Assembly (NCBI GenBank): GCA_964016885.1 | Contig: OZ024743.1 | Span: forward strand, 64,666,001-64,730,000 | Length of the DNA stretch: 64,000 nucleotides | Reading direction: 5' to 3' | DNA from: Eledone cirrhosa | Taxonomy: Eukaryota | Shown: in pieces, positions 1 through 15,080 of the stretch | Position numbering within the stretch: position 1 is the stretch's first letter | Layout: every line of letters begins with the position of its first letter | The notes under the pieces: model-generated | The model's input: the letters and a program-made list of their open reading frames with translations, nothing else | What the model was told of the DNA's origin: nothing | Database searches by the model: none | Program-made: the position numbers and the translations under genes

Positions 1-1731
1 TGTGAATTGGCAGAATTGGTGGTAGTATTATAGGTTGTGGGTTGGCAGAATTGGTAGTAGTATAATGGGTTGTGGATTGGCAGAATTGGTGGTAGTATTA
101 TGGGTTTTGGGTTGGCAGAATTGGTGGTAGTATTGTGGGTTGTGGATTGGCAGAACTGGTGGTAGTATTATGGGTTGTGGGTTGGCAGAATTGGTGGTAG
201 TATTATGGGTTGTGGATTGGCAGAATTGGTGGTAGTATTATGGGTTGTGGGTTGGCAGAATTGGTGTTAGTATTATGGGTTGTGGGTTGGCAGAATTGAT
301 AGTAGTATTATGGGTTGTGGATTGGCAGAATTGGTGGTAGTATTATTGGTTGTGGGTTGTCACAATTGGTGGTAGTATTATGGGTTGTGGGTTGGCAGAA
401 TTGGTGTTAGTATTATGGGTTGTGGGTTGGCAGAATTGGTGTTAGTATTATGGGTTGTGGGTTGGCAGAATTGGTGTTAGTATTATGGGTTGTTGATTGG
501 CAGAATTGGTGGTAGTATTGTGGGTTGGCAGAATTGGTGGTAGTATTGTGCGTTGTGGATTGGCAGAATTGGTGGTAGTATTATGGGTTGTGGGTTGGCA
601 GAATTGGTGGTAGTATTGTGGGTTGTGTGTTGGCAGAATTGGTGGTAGTATTGTGGGTTGTGGATTGGCAGAATTGGTGGTTGTATTGTGGGTTGTGGAT
701 TGGCAGAATTGGTGGTAGTATTATGGGTTGTGGGTTGGCAGAATTTTATGGTAGTATTATGGGTTGTGGGTTGGCAGAATTGGTAGTAGTATTATGTGTT
801 GTGGGTTGGCAGAATTGGTAGTAGTATAATGGGTTGTGGATTGGCAGATTTGGTAGTAGTATTATGGGTTTTGAGTTGCCAGAAATGGTGATAGTATTAT
901 GGGTTGTGGGTTGGCAGAATTGGTGGTAGTATTGTGGGTTGTGGATTGGCAGAATTAGTGGTAGTATTAAGGGTTGTGGGTTGGCAAAATTGGTGGTAGT
1001 ATTATGGGCTGTGAGTTGGAAGAATTGGTGGTAGTATTATGGGTTGTGGGTTGGCAGAATTGGTGGTAGTATTGTGGGTTGTGGATTGGCAGAATTTGCG
1101 GTAGTATTGTGGGTTGTGGATTGGCAGAATTGGTAGTAGTATTGTGGGTTGTGAATTGGCAGAATTGGTGGTAGTATTATAGGTTGTGGGTTGGCAGAAT
1201 TGGTAGTAGTATAATGGGTTGTGGATTGGCAGAATTGGTGGTAGTATTATGGGTTTTGGGTTGGCAGAATTGGTGGTAGTATTGTGGGTTGTGGATTGGC
1301 AGAACTGGTGTTAGTATTATGGGTTGTGGGTTGGCAGAATTGGTGGTAGTATTATGGGTTGTGGATTGGCAGAATTGGTGGTAGTATTATGGGTTGTGGG
1401 TTGGCAGAATTGGTGTTAGTATTATGGGTTGTGGGTTGGCAGAATTGATAGTAGTATTATGGGTTGTGGATTGGCAGAATTGGTGGTAGTATTATTGGTT
1501 GTGGGTTGTCACAATTGGTGGTAGTATTATGGGTTGTGGGTTGGCAGAATTGGTGTTAGTATTATGGGTTGTGGGTTGGCAGAATTGGTGTTAGTATTAT
1601 GGGTTGTGGGTTGGCAGAATTGGTGTTAGTATTATGGGTTGTTGATTGGCAGAATTGGTGGTAGTATTGTGGGTTGGCAGAATTGGTGGTAGTATTGTGC
1701 GTTGTGGATTGGCAGAATTGGTGGTAGTATT
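1..1731. repeat. 35-bp tandem satellite (TTGGCAGAATTGGTGGTAGTATTATGGGTTGTGGR)n with ~1149-bp higher-order repeat; runs off window start
   Basis: Unit read directly. Variant pattern at 1-582 (e.g. TTGTCACAATT, TGTTGATTGG) recurs at 1150-1731. Confidence 0.95.
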
Positions 1732-1826
1732 TGCTTTACATAAATTTGATATCGATAAACAAGCACCAGTCTAGTATTGGGATTAATTCTTCCTCTATAT
1801 CTCTTTCTCATTTGAACACACTCTCT

Positions 1827-1886
<60 letters not shown>

Positions 1887-1889
<3 letters not shown>

Positions 1890-1981
1890 TAACAGATTAA
1901 AGTTTAAGCAAAGAATGGCTGCTTTCACCCTTAACGGGATCCTTAACAGCGATTCTTTGCTTAAACTTTAATCTGTTATTT
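1887..1981. repeat. Short foldback/inverted repeat, fragment of a repeat family also at 33535-33625 and 42623-43370
   Basis: AAATAACAGATTAAAGTTTAAGCAAAGAAT..ATTCTTTGCTTAAACTTTAATCTGTTATTT; adjacent 1987-2075 matches reverse complement of 33535-33625. Confidence 0.8.
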
Positions 1982-2077
1982 CAATAAATACTTGCTCTAC
2001 GGTTCTTATATATCTGATATATATTTATCCTTATCGAGCCCTCTTTGGATTTTAGTCTTTAAATTTATTATTATTAC

Positions 2078-2214
<137 letters not shown>

Positions 2215-2389
2215 ATATGTGTGTATATATATATATACACAGTTAAAGAGTAACCAATCTTAAAGAGAGAGATGGAGATAGGAGAGGAGAGATTGTTGAA
2301 TTAGTTAGAAGCCAAAGCGTGCAATATGCAGTGGGAAGCTGCTAGGTGACTGGGTTCATGCAGAAGTTAGGCGCGCAGAGCTGGAAATA

Positions 2390-3696
2390 TTCATTAGTTA
2401 GGAAGACATTATTAAAAGATTGTCAACATAATTTAGTATGATGTAAGGAATGTAGACAATAATAATAATAATATTAATAATAATAATGTCCGTTTACAAT
2501 TCTTTCGCTACTCCATATAATATTTCTGGATCAAATAACTATATATCATTTTTGATCTGGTTCAGTTGAAAATAATTAACATAATTAAAGATAGAGCGGC
2601 TCATCGGAACTTCAAAGGAATATAAATTAAAATAAGGAAAGAATGTTACATAATTTAATGTTCCATATATTGGTATTTCACTATGGTATCCTGGGTGTAT
2701 CAATTGTCTGCCATAATCAAGCAGTATTCTTCTGTTGAGGCTGCATTGTGTGATATCTGCCTATGGGTAACAAGATGGCCGCCAATGGACATATTTACCT
2801 TACTAATTAGAGGGTGGTTTCAGGGGAAGTAACTCCTCGAGAGATTAGAAATTGTGTGTAGTTTATAGTTAAGTGCTAATTTTTTTTTTTTTTTATTGAG
2901 AGACAATGTAGGGGAGGTAACTTATAATTATCTATTCTGTTGGCGAAGGAATTAGCCCTTCGATGTTGACAGCTAATAGTTACCTCCGTTCTATCGTTAA
3001 TCGGTAGAGGTCGTGATAGAGTTATGTAATATGCTTCGGTAATACAGAGATCACAAGATTTTCTTCGTCCATTGAACGGTTGGGCCCTAGCTAAGATATC
3101 CCATATTAGTGAGTGTTCAATGTTGGTTAATTTAAGGTTTTTAATGAGCCTAGCTAGAGATGTCGAACATCTGTTGTTAGGGTCTCGGAAGGAAAAAGAG
3201 TGCGCGTTATAGCGTACCTTAAAAGGGTTAGAGGTAGACCCGATATAGGAGAGCTGGTATTCGAAGCAGTTTTAACCGTGCACCTATAGACTATGTTGGG
3301 TGTCATGCAGTGTCCATTTAGTGGGCATGCATTAGGGTAACGGCAGTTGCAGTTGCTTCTGCGGTTAGTGAGAGTAGGGTAGTTTAACCTAAGCGGTTGG
3401 TCAGTGTTAGAAGGATTAGATGCGGGCGGTGTGCTACTAGAGAAAATATTGCTGTAGTGGCGTGGTGTATTTGACTGGGGTGGTGGTACCGCGGTGTGAG
3501 AGTTATACTGTCTTAGTTTATGATAGTTACTGAATGCGATGTGGCTAGCTAGGTTAGGTGTTGTGGAGAATGAGATTTTAATGTTATTTTTATTAAAGAG
3601 TTTTTAATATCTATGGTTGGGGGGAAATATTTAGATAGGATAAAGAAGAAGCGTTTAGGGATATTACTGGCTAGATTAAATGAGAATCGGGGGTTA

Positions 3697-3700
<4 letters not shown>
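2390..3700 (-). mobile_element. Degenerate 5'-truncated Penelope-like element (GIY-YIG end plus 3' region), related to the intact PLE at 57.6-63.7 kb
   Basis: Minus-strand translation gives NPRFSFNLASNIPKRFF..YFPP, CNCRYPNACPLNGHC..IVYRC and YIGSTSNPFKVRYNAH, matching the intact PLE C-terminus; contains frameshifts/stops. Confidence 0.8.
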
Positions 3701-4103
<403 letters not shown>

Positions 4104-4128
4104 GTATATATATATATGTGTATATATG

Positions 4129-4342
<214 letters not shown>

Positions 4343-4472
4343 TTACCCACTCTACTACCTCAAGTATTGAGTACTTTGGTGCGTTATGGTCCACCTGGTT
4401 CCCTACCACATTTCCTTCGTTATATATATATATATATATGTGTGTGTGTATATATATATATATATGTATATG

Positions 4473-4589
<117 letters not shown>

Positions 4590-4590
4590 G

Positions 4591-4652
<62 letters not shown>

Positions 4653-4692
4653 TATACATTGTTATACTTGGGGAGGGTCATATTGTTATAAT

Positions 4693-4920
4693 ATTGCCAG
4701 AAATAATTTGAAGGCGTGTGGCTGAATAGTTAGAGAATTGGATTCACAATCTTGACGTTGTGAGTTCGAATACTGGACCGGGCGATGCGTTATGTCCTTG
4801 AGCAAGACACTTTATTTCACGTTGCTCCTTCTACCGAGTTGCGACCGATAGATATTACTAGCAACTGGAAAGACCAACGAAAACATTGTTTCCTCAGTCC
4901 GATTTGACGAAGGTCGATCG
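4693..4920 (+). mobile_element. tRNA-derived SINE with CORE-like segment (partial)
   Basis: A box TGGCTGAATAGTTAG, B box GAGTTCGAATAC, then TGTCCTTGAGCAAGACACTTTATTTCACGTTGCTCC; same family at 34908-35228. Confidence 0.75.
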
Positions 4921-4961
<41 letters not shown>

Positions 4962-4963
4962 CA

Positions 4964-5832
<869 letters not shown>

Positions 5833-5835
5833 GTT

Positions 5836-5871
<36 letters not shown>

Positions 5872-5995
5872 CGAGATAAAGTTAGTTCCACGATATATTA
5901 GCAAGATGGTTTGCTAATATGTTGTGAGACTAACTTTATACCGAACTCGTCCTATGGGCTGAGTGCTCTACTTACTACGGATATAACCTCCCACT

Positions 5996-6101
<106 letters not shown>

Positions 6102-6399
6102 GCCTTCTTGGAAGAAATCGTCAGTGTTCAGACGTGAAAAGGAGATGGGCCTCGCCAGGCTTTAAATACCCAAGACACGCTGTATATCATTACGGCGCCC
6201 CTATGACTCCATCAGGAGTTACGAGTTCATACGTACATGTCCACTGCAGTAAATATGTCAACACTTAATTTACTATTGTTCTTTTCATGCAGACGGCGTC
6301 TCTAAGTAAACTTTCAAGCTGTATCATCTTAGTTGACTTGTGAACAAAATATTTTATTTTATTTAATTCAGTCCCAGTGATCCCTGCCCCTCCATTTAA

Positions 6400-6663
6400 C
6401 ATCATTTCCGTCTCTTCCACCCTTCTCCCTCTCTCGCCCTCTTTCTTCCCCTGTTTCTCACTTTCTCTCCACCTCTTTCTTCCTCTCTCTTGCCCTTTTT
6501 CTTTCTTTCTCTCTCACTCTCTCTATCTCTCTCACCCCTTTTCACTCTCTCTTACTCACACACACGCGTCTCCTCCACCCCTCTCTCTCTTTTTCTTTCC
6601 CTCTGTCTCTCACTTTTTCTCTCCACTTCTCTCTTTCTCCCTGTCTTTCCCTACTCTCTCCTT

Positions 6664-6717
<54 letters not shown>

Positions 6718-7167
6718 GGCTCTCTCTCCCTCACCCACACACCCACACAACCCCCTTACAACAACGCTACCCCACATCCACACAAACCCCCTTACAACCT
6801 CCCCCCCAAAACACCCCACACACAACAACCCCCTTACAACAACACTACCCCACATCCACACACAACCCCCTTACAACTCCCCCACCCCCACAACACCCCA
6901 CACACAACAACCCCCTTACAACACACCACCCCACAACACATACACCCCACCAGCCCCACTCCCACTCAATCCCCCACAACTCCATGTTCTGCTATGTTTA
7001 TACATAACTCTGCTTTAATCTAGTCTCCCTGACAAAACCATTCCAAACAGTTTTACTTAACCTTTGATTCACTGTCATAAATCTTTGATGATTCTAACAC
7101 AACCACCACCACTACTACTACCACCACCACCATTACTACTACTACCACCACTACTACCACCACCACC

Positions 7168-7199
<32 letters not shown>

Positions 7200-7254
7200 C
7201 ACCACCACCACCACTACTATTACTACCACCACCACTACTACTACCACCACCACC

Positions 7255-7286
<32 letters not shown>

Positions 7287-7335
7287 CACCACCACCACTA
7301 CTACCACCACCACCACTACTACTACCACCACCACC

Positions 7336-7367
<32 letters not shown>

Positions 7368-8030
7368 CACCACCACTACTACCACTACTACTACCACCAC
7401 CACTACTACCACTAGTACTACCACTACTAATACTAGTACTACTACTACTTCTACTACTACTACCACCACCACTACTACCACTACTACCACTAGTACTACT
7501 ACTACCACTAGTACTACTACTACTAATACCACTACTACCACCACCACTACTACTACCACAACTACCACCACTACCACTACTACTACCACTACTACTACTA
7601 CTGCCACCACTACTACTACCACCACCACCACCCCTACCACTACCACCACCACCACCACCACCACCAACACTATCACTACATATATGAAGAATGGTAATGT
7701 GGTGCCATGTCAGGTTGTTTGGTGGGAAACATATTCCTGATGTCCACCCTTCCTCTTGAAAAACACCCCCTCCTTTTTACCCCACCCCTCCTCTTTACCC
7801 CACCCCTCCTCATTACCCCACCCCTCCTCTTTACCCCACCCCCTCCTCTTTACCCTCATCCTCATCTCCTGCCTCCTTTTTACCCTCATCTTCCTCGCCC
7901 ATTCTTCCTCGCCCGTTCTTCTTCTTATTCTTATTCTTCTTCTTCTTCTTCTCCATCTTCTTCTTCATCGTCATCTTCTTTATTTTCACCATCGTCATCA
8001 TCATCAACAACATCAACAACATCATCTTCC
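6400..8030. repeat. Low-complexity and microsatellite block ((CT)n, CA-rich, (CCA/CTA)n, (TTC)n)
   Basis: Direct inspection. Confidence 0.9.
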
Positions 8031-8089
8031 CATTTTTTATATTCAATATCTAGAGGTGAAGAGAGAGCGGGATCTTGTGGGAAGATATA

Positions 8090-8228
8090 TAATTTTCTAC
8101 ATTTGGCACAAGGCCAGCAATTATCCCAGTGTATTACTGGTACTTTATTTTATCGACCTCGTAAGGATGAAAGGCAAAGTTAACCTCGGCGGGATTTGAA
8201 CTCAGATCATAAAGGGCCGTAACTATTT
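8090..8228 (-). mobile_element. tRNA-derived SINE family A (partial)
   Basis: Reverse complement of GAGTTCAAATCCCGCCGAGGTTAACTTTGCCTTTCATCCTTACG..GATAAAATAAAGTACCAG..GCTGGCCTTGTGCC. Confidence 0.85.
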
Positions 8229-8269
8229 GTGATCTGAATTGCGATATAATGTGTGTCTAATAGAAATAA

Positions 8270-10575
8270 CACTGGTCAACAAGTAAATGTATTATACTCA
8301 TTATGAATGCAAACCAACTTTTTTTGACAGATGTTTCATGCATTTCATTCCATATGCAGCGCGTATCAGTTTTTCTGTAGATACATGCAAATATTTACAT
8401 ATTTCTATATATGAAATCATTAACGTAATAAATAAGGACATATTTTTAGAAAGTAAATGAGTCTATTGAGTTAAAAATCATCACTATCATTCTACAAAGA
8501 GTGAATACACAAAAAATGGGTCAGACAAAACAGACAAAGTTAGAACAACAGAGTTAGAAACATTGTGATATGGATTTCTTGCGGTGTTCCTGATCTGGTT
8601 GATCATGGTAAAGTGTCCAGCATACTGTCATTCCAGAAGCCTTACCATTAATGTCCTGGTGAAATCTTTCACCATGTTCATCAGACACTGCTCCAAGGTT
8701 ATCGGCAAAGAAATCCAGATGGGAGTTAAAGAAGTGAACTTTCAGTGACATGCGACAACCCATTGCTGAGTAACATTTCAGAAGATTCTTGATACCATCC
8801 TTGTAGTCCATTGCCTTCTTGTTGCCTAAGAAATTCTCACAGGTCCAATTGAAAGCATTCCAGGCAGGCAGTTCCAGTTCATCCAGTGTTGTCTTGAAGT
8901 TGACATCTTTGAGTACTTCTCTTCTTTGGGGTCCGACAAAGATACCCTCTTTCAACTTCGCCTGTGTGGTTTTAGGAATCTTTTCTACAATATACTCAAA
9001 CCCGCTGGCATTTCTCTTCCCTAGTGTCTTTACAAACTGTTTCATAAGTCCAAGATTTGTGTGCAAAGGAGGCAATAAGACATTATATGGATCTACAAGA
9101 GGTGTATTCTTGACGTTAGAAAGTCCTGGTTGGTATGATGTTCTTGTCTGCCAGTTTGATTCCGAATAATGTCTGTCAGTTGCCCGATTATCCCATAGAC
9201 ACAAGAAACAACAGTATTTTGTGAAACCTGACTGCATTCCCATTAACATTCCAATGACTTTTAAATCTCCACATATTTCCATGAGTATCTTTCATAGGCA
9301 ATGGCATGAAGTCAAAGTTCCATATTCTCATATGATTCATGAAGATGAATGGAGTGTGCAATAGGAATGGAGGGCTTCAAATTACCATTATAGAGAAGTA
9401 CAGCTTTTAAACTTCGTTTTGAAGAGTCAATAAACAAACGTCACTCTGCAGGATCATGATTTTGTGACAAACATTCGAAAAGTCCATCGATGTTACTGCA
9501 AAAGCAAAGCGGGCCTTCAACAGAAAAGCACGTTTGTAGAACCACATTTCTCTGCCGAAAATAAGTTATACGAACACCGTGTTCTAGCAGATACTTCTCC
9601 TTCAGTCTTGATGCCAACAGTTCTGCTTTATCTTTTGATAGGTCTCTGACAAGGTCATTCAGTTCAACTTGGGAACATTTCTGAGGTTCAAATTTATCGT
9701 CATCAGCCATGTAATCTTCCTCAGCAGCACTATCGTGACAGTCAGCATCGTCGTCTGATGTTTCAATACCATCATTTGGTGGAACTGGAATTGGCAGACT
9801 TCCAGTGAGGCACAGGTCTCATTGTAGAATCCAAATTGGGATACACAATTTTGTGTTTATTCTTCATGGAAAATCCTGACATTTACTTTGCAAAAATAAC
9901 AGTCATTAAAATGGTCTTTCGGCTCTCTCCATATCATTGGAATGGCAAAAGGCATGGACTTATTCTTATTGAACCAGTCACGTAAGCCATTTGAGCAAGC
10001 TGGAGCAGATAAAATGTGGTGCCCATAACTTTTCCTGGTCTCCAAGAAGACAGTCAAAGTATAGCTTATAAATCTTCTTGATCTCTGGTGTTATTGTACG
10101 TTTTTCAGCTTTCACAATAAATTGTCCACAGACATAACAAAATACACCAGGACGATTTCTACACTGTCTTGACATTGTTCACACTGTAAAACAAGTAAGG
10201 AAATAGATACAAACGGTTATACTTATAATGAATTTGAGATGATAAAACATTTCATCAGACCAATTATGACTGAACAATTTGAGATGTTGAAATACCTATT
10301 TAATCAGACAAAACTTGATTGGTTAATTTAAGATGATGAAATATTGCATCTGAACTATGCAGCAATGAATAATGCAGTTTATTTTAAAGGTATGTTTCCA
10401 TGATGTAAATGAAATTGGAATTTCTATATAATGCATGACCTAAAACCAAAAAACTTTCTCATCTTGAAAACTGTACGTGATGTCAAAACACTAATTGTAT
10501 ATTTGAAATCAGCATTAAAAACTACACTAAGTACACCTTGACGTATGCTTGATGAAAAATACTTGTTGACCAGTG
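8270..10575 (-). mobile_element. Chapaev3-type (CMC) DNA transposon, degenerate
   Basis: TIR CACTGGTCAACAAGTA / TACTTGTTGACCAGTG; TAA on both sides (3-bp TWA TSD); transposase fragments inside. Confidence 0.85.
8554..10175 (-). pseudogene. Chapaev3-like transposase pseudogene (several frameshifted ORFs)
   Basis: FCYVCG..WAPHFIC; PMIWREPKDH..CYFC; GDLKVIGMLMGMQSGFTKYCCFLCLWD; LPPLH..LGLMKQFVK; KLKEGIFVGPQ; MSLKVHF..SHLDFF..NLGAVSDEHGERFHQDI. Confidence 0.85.
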
Positions 10576-10926
10576 TAATGTGTGCCTAATAGAAACCGAT
10601 GGTAAGGCGGGTATTGGCAGAATCGTTAGATCATTGGACAAAGTGCTTTACAGTATTTACTTACGGTCCTTGAGATCGACTGTCATGCTTTGAAATTTCA
10701 CTAAAAAAATCTCAACATTTTCTATTGAAAAAATCTTTTTCCTTTCTACTATTTGTATATATTTGTTTCTACTATTTGTATATAATGAGATAAATATTCC
10801 AACAGGTACTAAGTACCTACGGAAGTATATATGGTGTCTATAATAATTGTTGTTCAATGGTACTAATTTGAGATACCAGAACTAAAAAATGAGCGGAACA
10901 AGCAAACATTAAACAATCTTATTTTC

Positions 10927-10974
<48 letters not shown>

Positions 10975-11179
10975 TGAAAAGGGTTGTCTGTGTGTGTGGC
11001 TTGTTCTCGTTGCGTTTTGTTCTCAGTTTGGAGCACCTTGTGGTACGTATGTACCATGGAAAGATAAAATTGTATCTTCTACGATAGTATACTGTTATAT
11101 CTCGCCTTGTGTTGCTCCAGTCTCTAGCATCTAATTTCTATTAGCTTCTGATACACTAGGATGAATGATCCTATCTATA

Positions 11180-11361
11180 TAATTGTTTCTACTTTTGGTA
11201 CAAGGCCAGCAATTACTCTAGTTTATTACTGGTACTTTATTTTATCGACCGCGTAAGGATGAAAGACAAAGTTAACCTCGGCGGGATTTGAATTTAGACC
11301 ATAAAGGGCCGTAACTCTTTGCTGCAAAGCATGGCGTGCAACCCTCTACCGATACTGCCAA
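11180..11361 (-). mobile_element. tRNA-derived SINE family A
   Basis: Matches family A including head TGGCAGTATCGGTAGAG. Confidence 0.85.
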
Positions 11362-11519
11362 TGCAATATTTTACTGAAATCATGGTGATTCTCAGTAGAT
11401 AGATGATGATTCAGGAAGTTTTCCGTTTGTCCGTTTTTGTCCGATCTTTCGGTCTTCGTTGTTCTCGGTTCTCGTTGTCTCTGCTAATATATTGACATAT
11501 ACATGTGTGTGTGTGTGGA

Positions 11520-11579
<60 letters not shown>

Positions 11580-11609
11580 CATAAGTGATGGCAACATGAA
11601 TAGACCTGT

Positions 11610-11790
11610 TATTTTTCTCTAAAAACATTTTTCCGCCCTGTCCGTCTCTTCAATCTTTCTAATCTCTCATTCTTTCTTCTGATGAAGGACTAGCGTCCGA
11701 ATCGTTAAGACTCACTTCTTGCTATTTCAAATGTTAAATTAATATATTCCTTCCATATACTGTACCGTTTGTGTCTATTTACATTTTACA
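11610..11790 (+). mobile_element. PLE-type terminal fragment with degenerate hammerhead (11675-11711); second copy 27370-27540
   Basis: TCTT CTGATGA A GGAC TAGC GTCC GAAT CGT TA AGAC; the two copies are near identical and both end in (TACA)n. Confidence 0.6.
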
Positions 11791-11804
11791 TACATACATA
11801 CATA

Positions 11805-14800
11805 CATGATGGCTGCCCCCTCGTTATCGAGTATGGCCATTGCAGGAGGGAAAAAAAATATATATATATATATTATAATAATAATAATAATAATAATAAC
11901 AACAATAATAATAATAACAACAATAATAATAACGACAACAACAACAATAATAATATCCATATATATATATACACACACACGCACACACATAAACATATCT
12001 ATACACACACACGATAGCAATTAACAGCGCTGCGATCGAATGTGGCTTTTTAGCCCAGCCAATGATCTAAAATGTCTTGCACAGAGTCGGCAACCAAAAC
12101 ATTCACTGGGAATAGTCGGCTGTGGTTGGAGTTCATGTACTTTTGCATGTCGCTTGAGCCCTCCTGCTGATTTACATTCTCTACCACATGCTTGGCAAGC
12201 ATGATGAGTAGCATCTCCAACAGCAGCCTGGTAGTCAACCACTGGTCTTACTTTATGACTGCGAAGATGACTTTCGAGTCCAGCTTTGCTTAGGCAGTCT
12301 CGCACAGACGCTGCATAGGAGGACCCTCGCCATCTGGAAGTGTAACAGCAATGCCCTTCCTCACATCCCGCTTTACTTTCTCGTATGCGATTCGAGATGC
12401 CTCAAAGGCAACATTTCCCTTATATACAGTCTTTCTCCATTTATTACGATCAGCAGCAATATTTTCCCATGTATCAGCAGAGATGTTAGCGTCTTTCAAA
12501 GAGGCTTTCAAGGAATCCTTATACCTCTTTTTTGGTTTATGTGGCGGTCGTTTTCCTTTAACTAACTCTCCATAAAAAAGTTGTTTTGGTATTCTAGAAT
12601 CCTTCACCCTGGCAAGGTGACCACACCAACGGAGTCGTTGCTTAAGCACAAGAGCTTCTATACTGTCACACATAGAGATTTCCAAAATCTCGACATCACT
12701 GATGTGGTCCCTCCAGTGAACGCCATGGATCCGTCTGAGACACATCTGATGGAAACGCTCCAATTGCTTAAGGTAGTGTCGATATGTGACCCAGGTCTCG
12801 CAGGCATAAAGAAGAGAAGAGAGCACACATGCCTTGTACATCCTTACCTTTGTCTTCTTGCATATGTCTCGCCGACCCCAGAGTCGCCTTTCTAGCTTTC
12901 CGAAAGCATCACTTGCTTTCCTAATCCTAAGTGAGATTTCACTATCAAGGTTGCCGTATCAATTGACAGTGCTTCCCAGGTAGACAAACTGATCAACCAC
13001 TCCAAGTCGTTTACCATACACATAGATATTTGGTTCTCTGTACTGCTTACCAAGGGCAGGTTGGTACATGACGACGGTTTTCTTGAGACTGGCAGTCAAT
13101 CCTAGGGCAGTGCAAGCGTCAGAAAATGCATTCAAAATGTGCTGCATATCACTTTCTGTGTGCACTACAAGATCGCAATCATCTGCATGCAAGAGGTCTC
13201 TTATGATTGATATAAATACTTTTGTCTTTGCAGCAAAGCGCCTGATGTTAAATATGCTGCCTGAGGTTCAATATCGGATGTAAACACCATGCTCGCAATT
13301 CCTGAATGCAATACAAAAAACCATTGCAAAGTATATGGCAAACAGGGTCGGTGCTGGAATATCCCCCTGTTTCACTCCATTTGTTTTACTGAGATAGGCT
13401 CCGACATGTTACCTCCGACATTAACCCAAGCCTTCATGTCGTCATGGAAAGACCTAACTAAAGCAAGGAACTTATCAGGGCAACCAAGTTTCTGGAGAAC
13501 CTTCCATAATGCATTTCTGTTAACAGTATCGAAAGCTTTTGTCATATCGACAAAAACCTGATACAGATCCAAGCCTTGTTCCATGCACTTCTCCTGGAGC
13601 TGTCTAGCTGAGAAGATCATATCAGTAGTGCCGCGTCCAGCGCGAAAACCAGATTGACTTTCAGGAAGAACATAATCTGCAATGTGTGTCAGCAGACGGT
13701 GCAGAATCACCCTACATAAAACTTTCCCTACGACAGAAAGCAATGATATACCTCTGTAGTTCCCACAATCATTCCTGTTACCCTTTCCCTTGTACAAGAC
13801 CATCATTTCTGTATCTCTCCAGTCCTCAGGCACGGATTAATTAGCCCATATCGTGCCAAACAAAGAGTGAAGATGTTGCAGGAGTCTCTCACCACCATAT
13901 TGTAGGAGCTCAGCATGTATGCCATCCATACCTGGAGACCTTCCACTGTTCAGCTTCGAGATAGCCACTGCAACCTCCACAAGCGTCGGAGGTTCTGCGA
14001 GAGCTACTTTCACAGGACTTTCTGGAATGAGATTGAGAAAATCTTCATTGACGACAGACGGCTGATTCAAAAGATCATCAAAGTGCTCTCGCCACCTTCG
14101 TAGAATTCCTTGTGAGTCACGAAGAAGTTCTTTGCCATCCTTGCTGCGAAGCGGAGTAACCAGAGAAGAAGACGGTCCATAAACTTCATGCAAGAGATTG
14201 TACAACAGCTTTGTGTAATTGGAATCAGACGCAGTTTGTATCTCATCAGCCTTCTCACTCCACCACTGATCCTTCATCTGAGAAAGACTCCGCCTAACAC
14301 GTGATTTCACATCCTTGAGTTCCTTATGCAACGTATTCTTCACCTGTGGTTTTGCCGTCACGTAGCGTGACAGAGCGCGCCTCTTATCAGCCAACAAGTC
14401 ATCTATATGCACATCTTTCTCATTAAACCAGTCCTGATGTTTTCTCTGCACCAATCCCAGAACACGTCTGCCTACATCATAAACCGACTTTTTAAGGGTC
14501 GGCCAATCCTCACCAAGATCTGCAACCTGCATCTCTTCATGCATTGTCCTCTTCACATTTTTATCCTTAAGACGAGCAGCATTCAATCTTCTGGGCAGGG
14601 CAACACCAGGAGCCCGGATTTTACGTTCAGTGATTAGTTTCACTTTTGCGCGTACCAGACGGTGGTCCGTTCAGCACTCAGCTCTACGAAGAACACGAAC
14701 ACACTGCACATCCTGTCTGTCACGCATCCATGGACATAAGACGCTCACTAATCCCTACTGGGAATTCTTCTAATTTATTCACAAGAACAGTCTTAACAGC

Positions 14801-15080
14801 AAATACTACCCCAGCCTCTCTTCTGGTTCCTTCATCTCTTCCTTTCCAGAAGAATGTATATTCTCCACAAAATTCTGTAAGATGACCATCTCCAGCTAAC
14901 CTCGTCTCAGATAAAGCCACGATGTCAAGATCGTAACGTCGAAGCTCCTTTGAAACAAGAGCGGTCCTTCGTTCAGGATGCTCCAAGGAATCCCTGTCAA
15001 GCAGCGTCCGTACGTTCCAGCAGCCAAGACTAAATGCCTTGTTTGGCTCTATTACAATGGCACGATGACGAGCGGGCTCA
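11805..15080 (-). mobile_element. RTE-clade LINE, degenerate (APE, RT, C-terminal C2H2 zinc fingers), 3' tail (ATGT)n
   Basis: LGCWNVRTLLD..RRTALV..DIVALSETRL; NYRGISLLS..PESQSGFR..TTDMIF..FVDMTKAFD; HADD; LLYACETW..QRLRWCGH..RIPKQLFYGEL; CxxC..LKRH and CRLC..LAGLKSH. Confidence 0.92.

Noticed and set aside
1-1731. CRISPR-like or telomeric array
   Set aside because: Contiguous tandem units with no unique spacers, no cas genes and no TTAGGG; eukaryotic satellite
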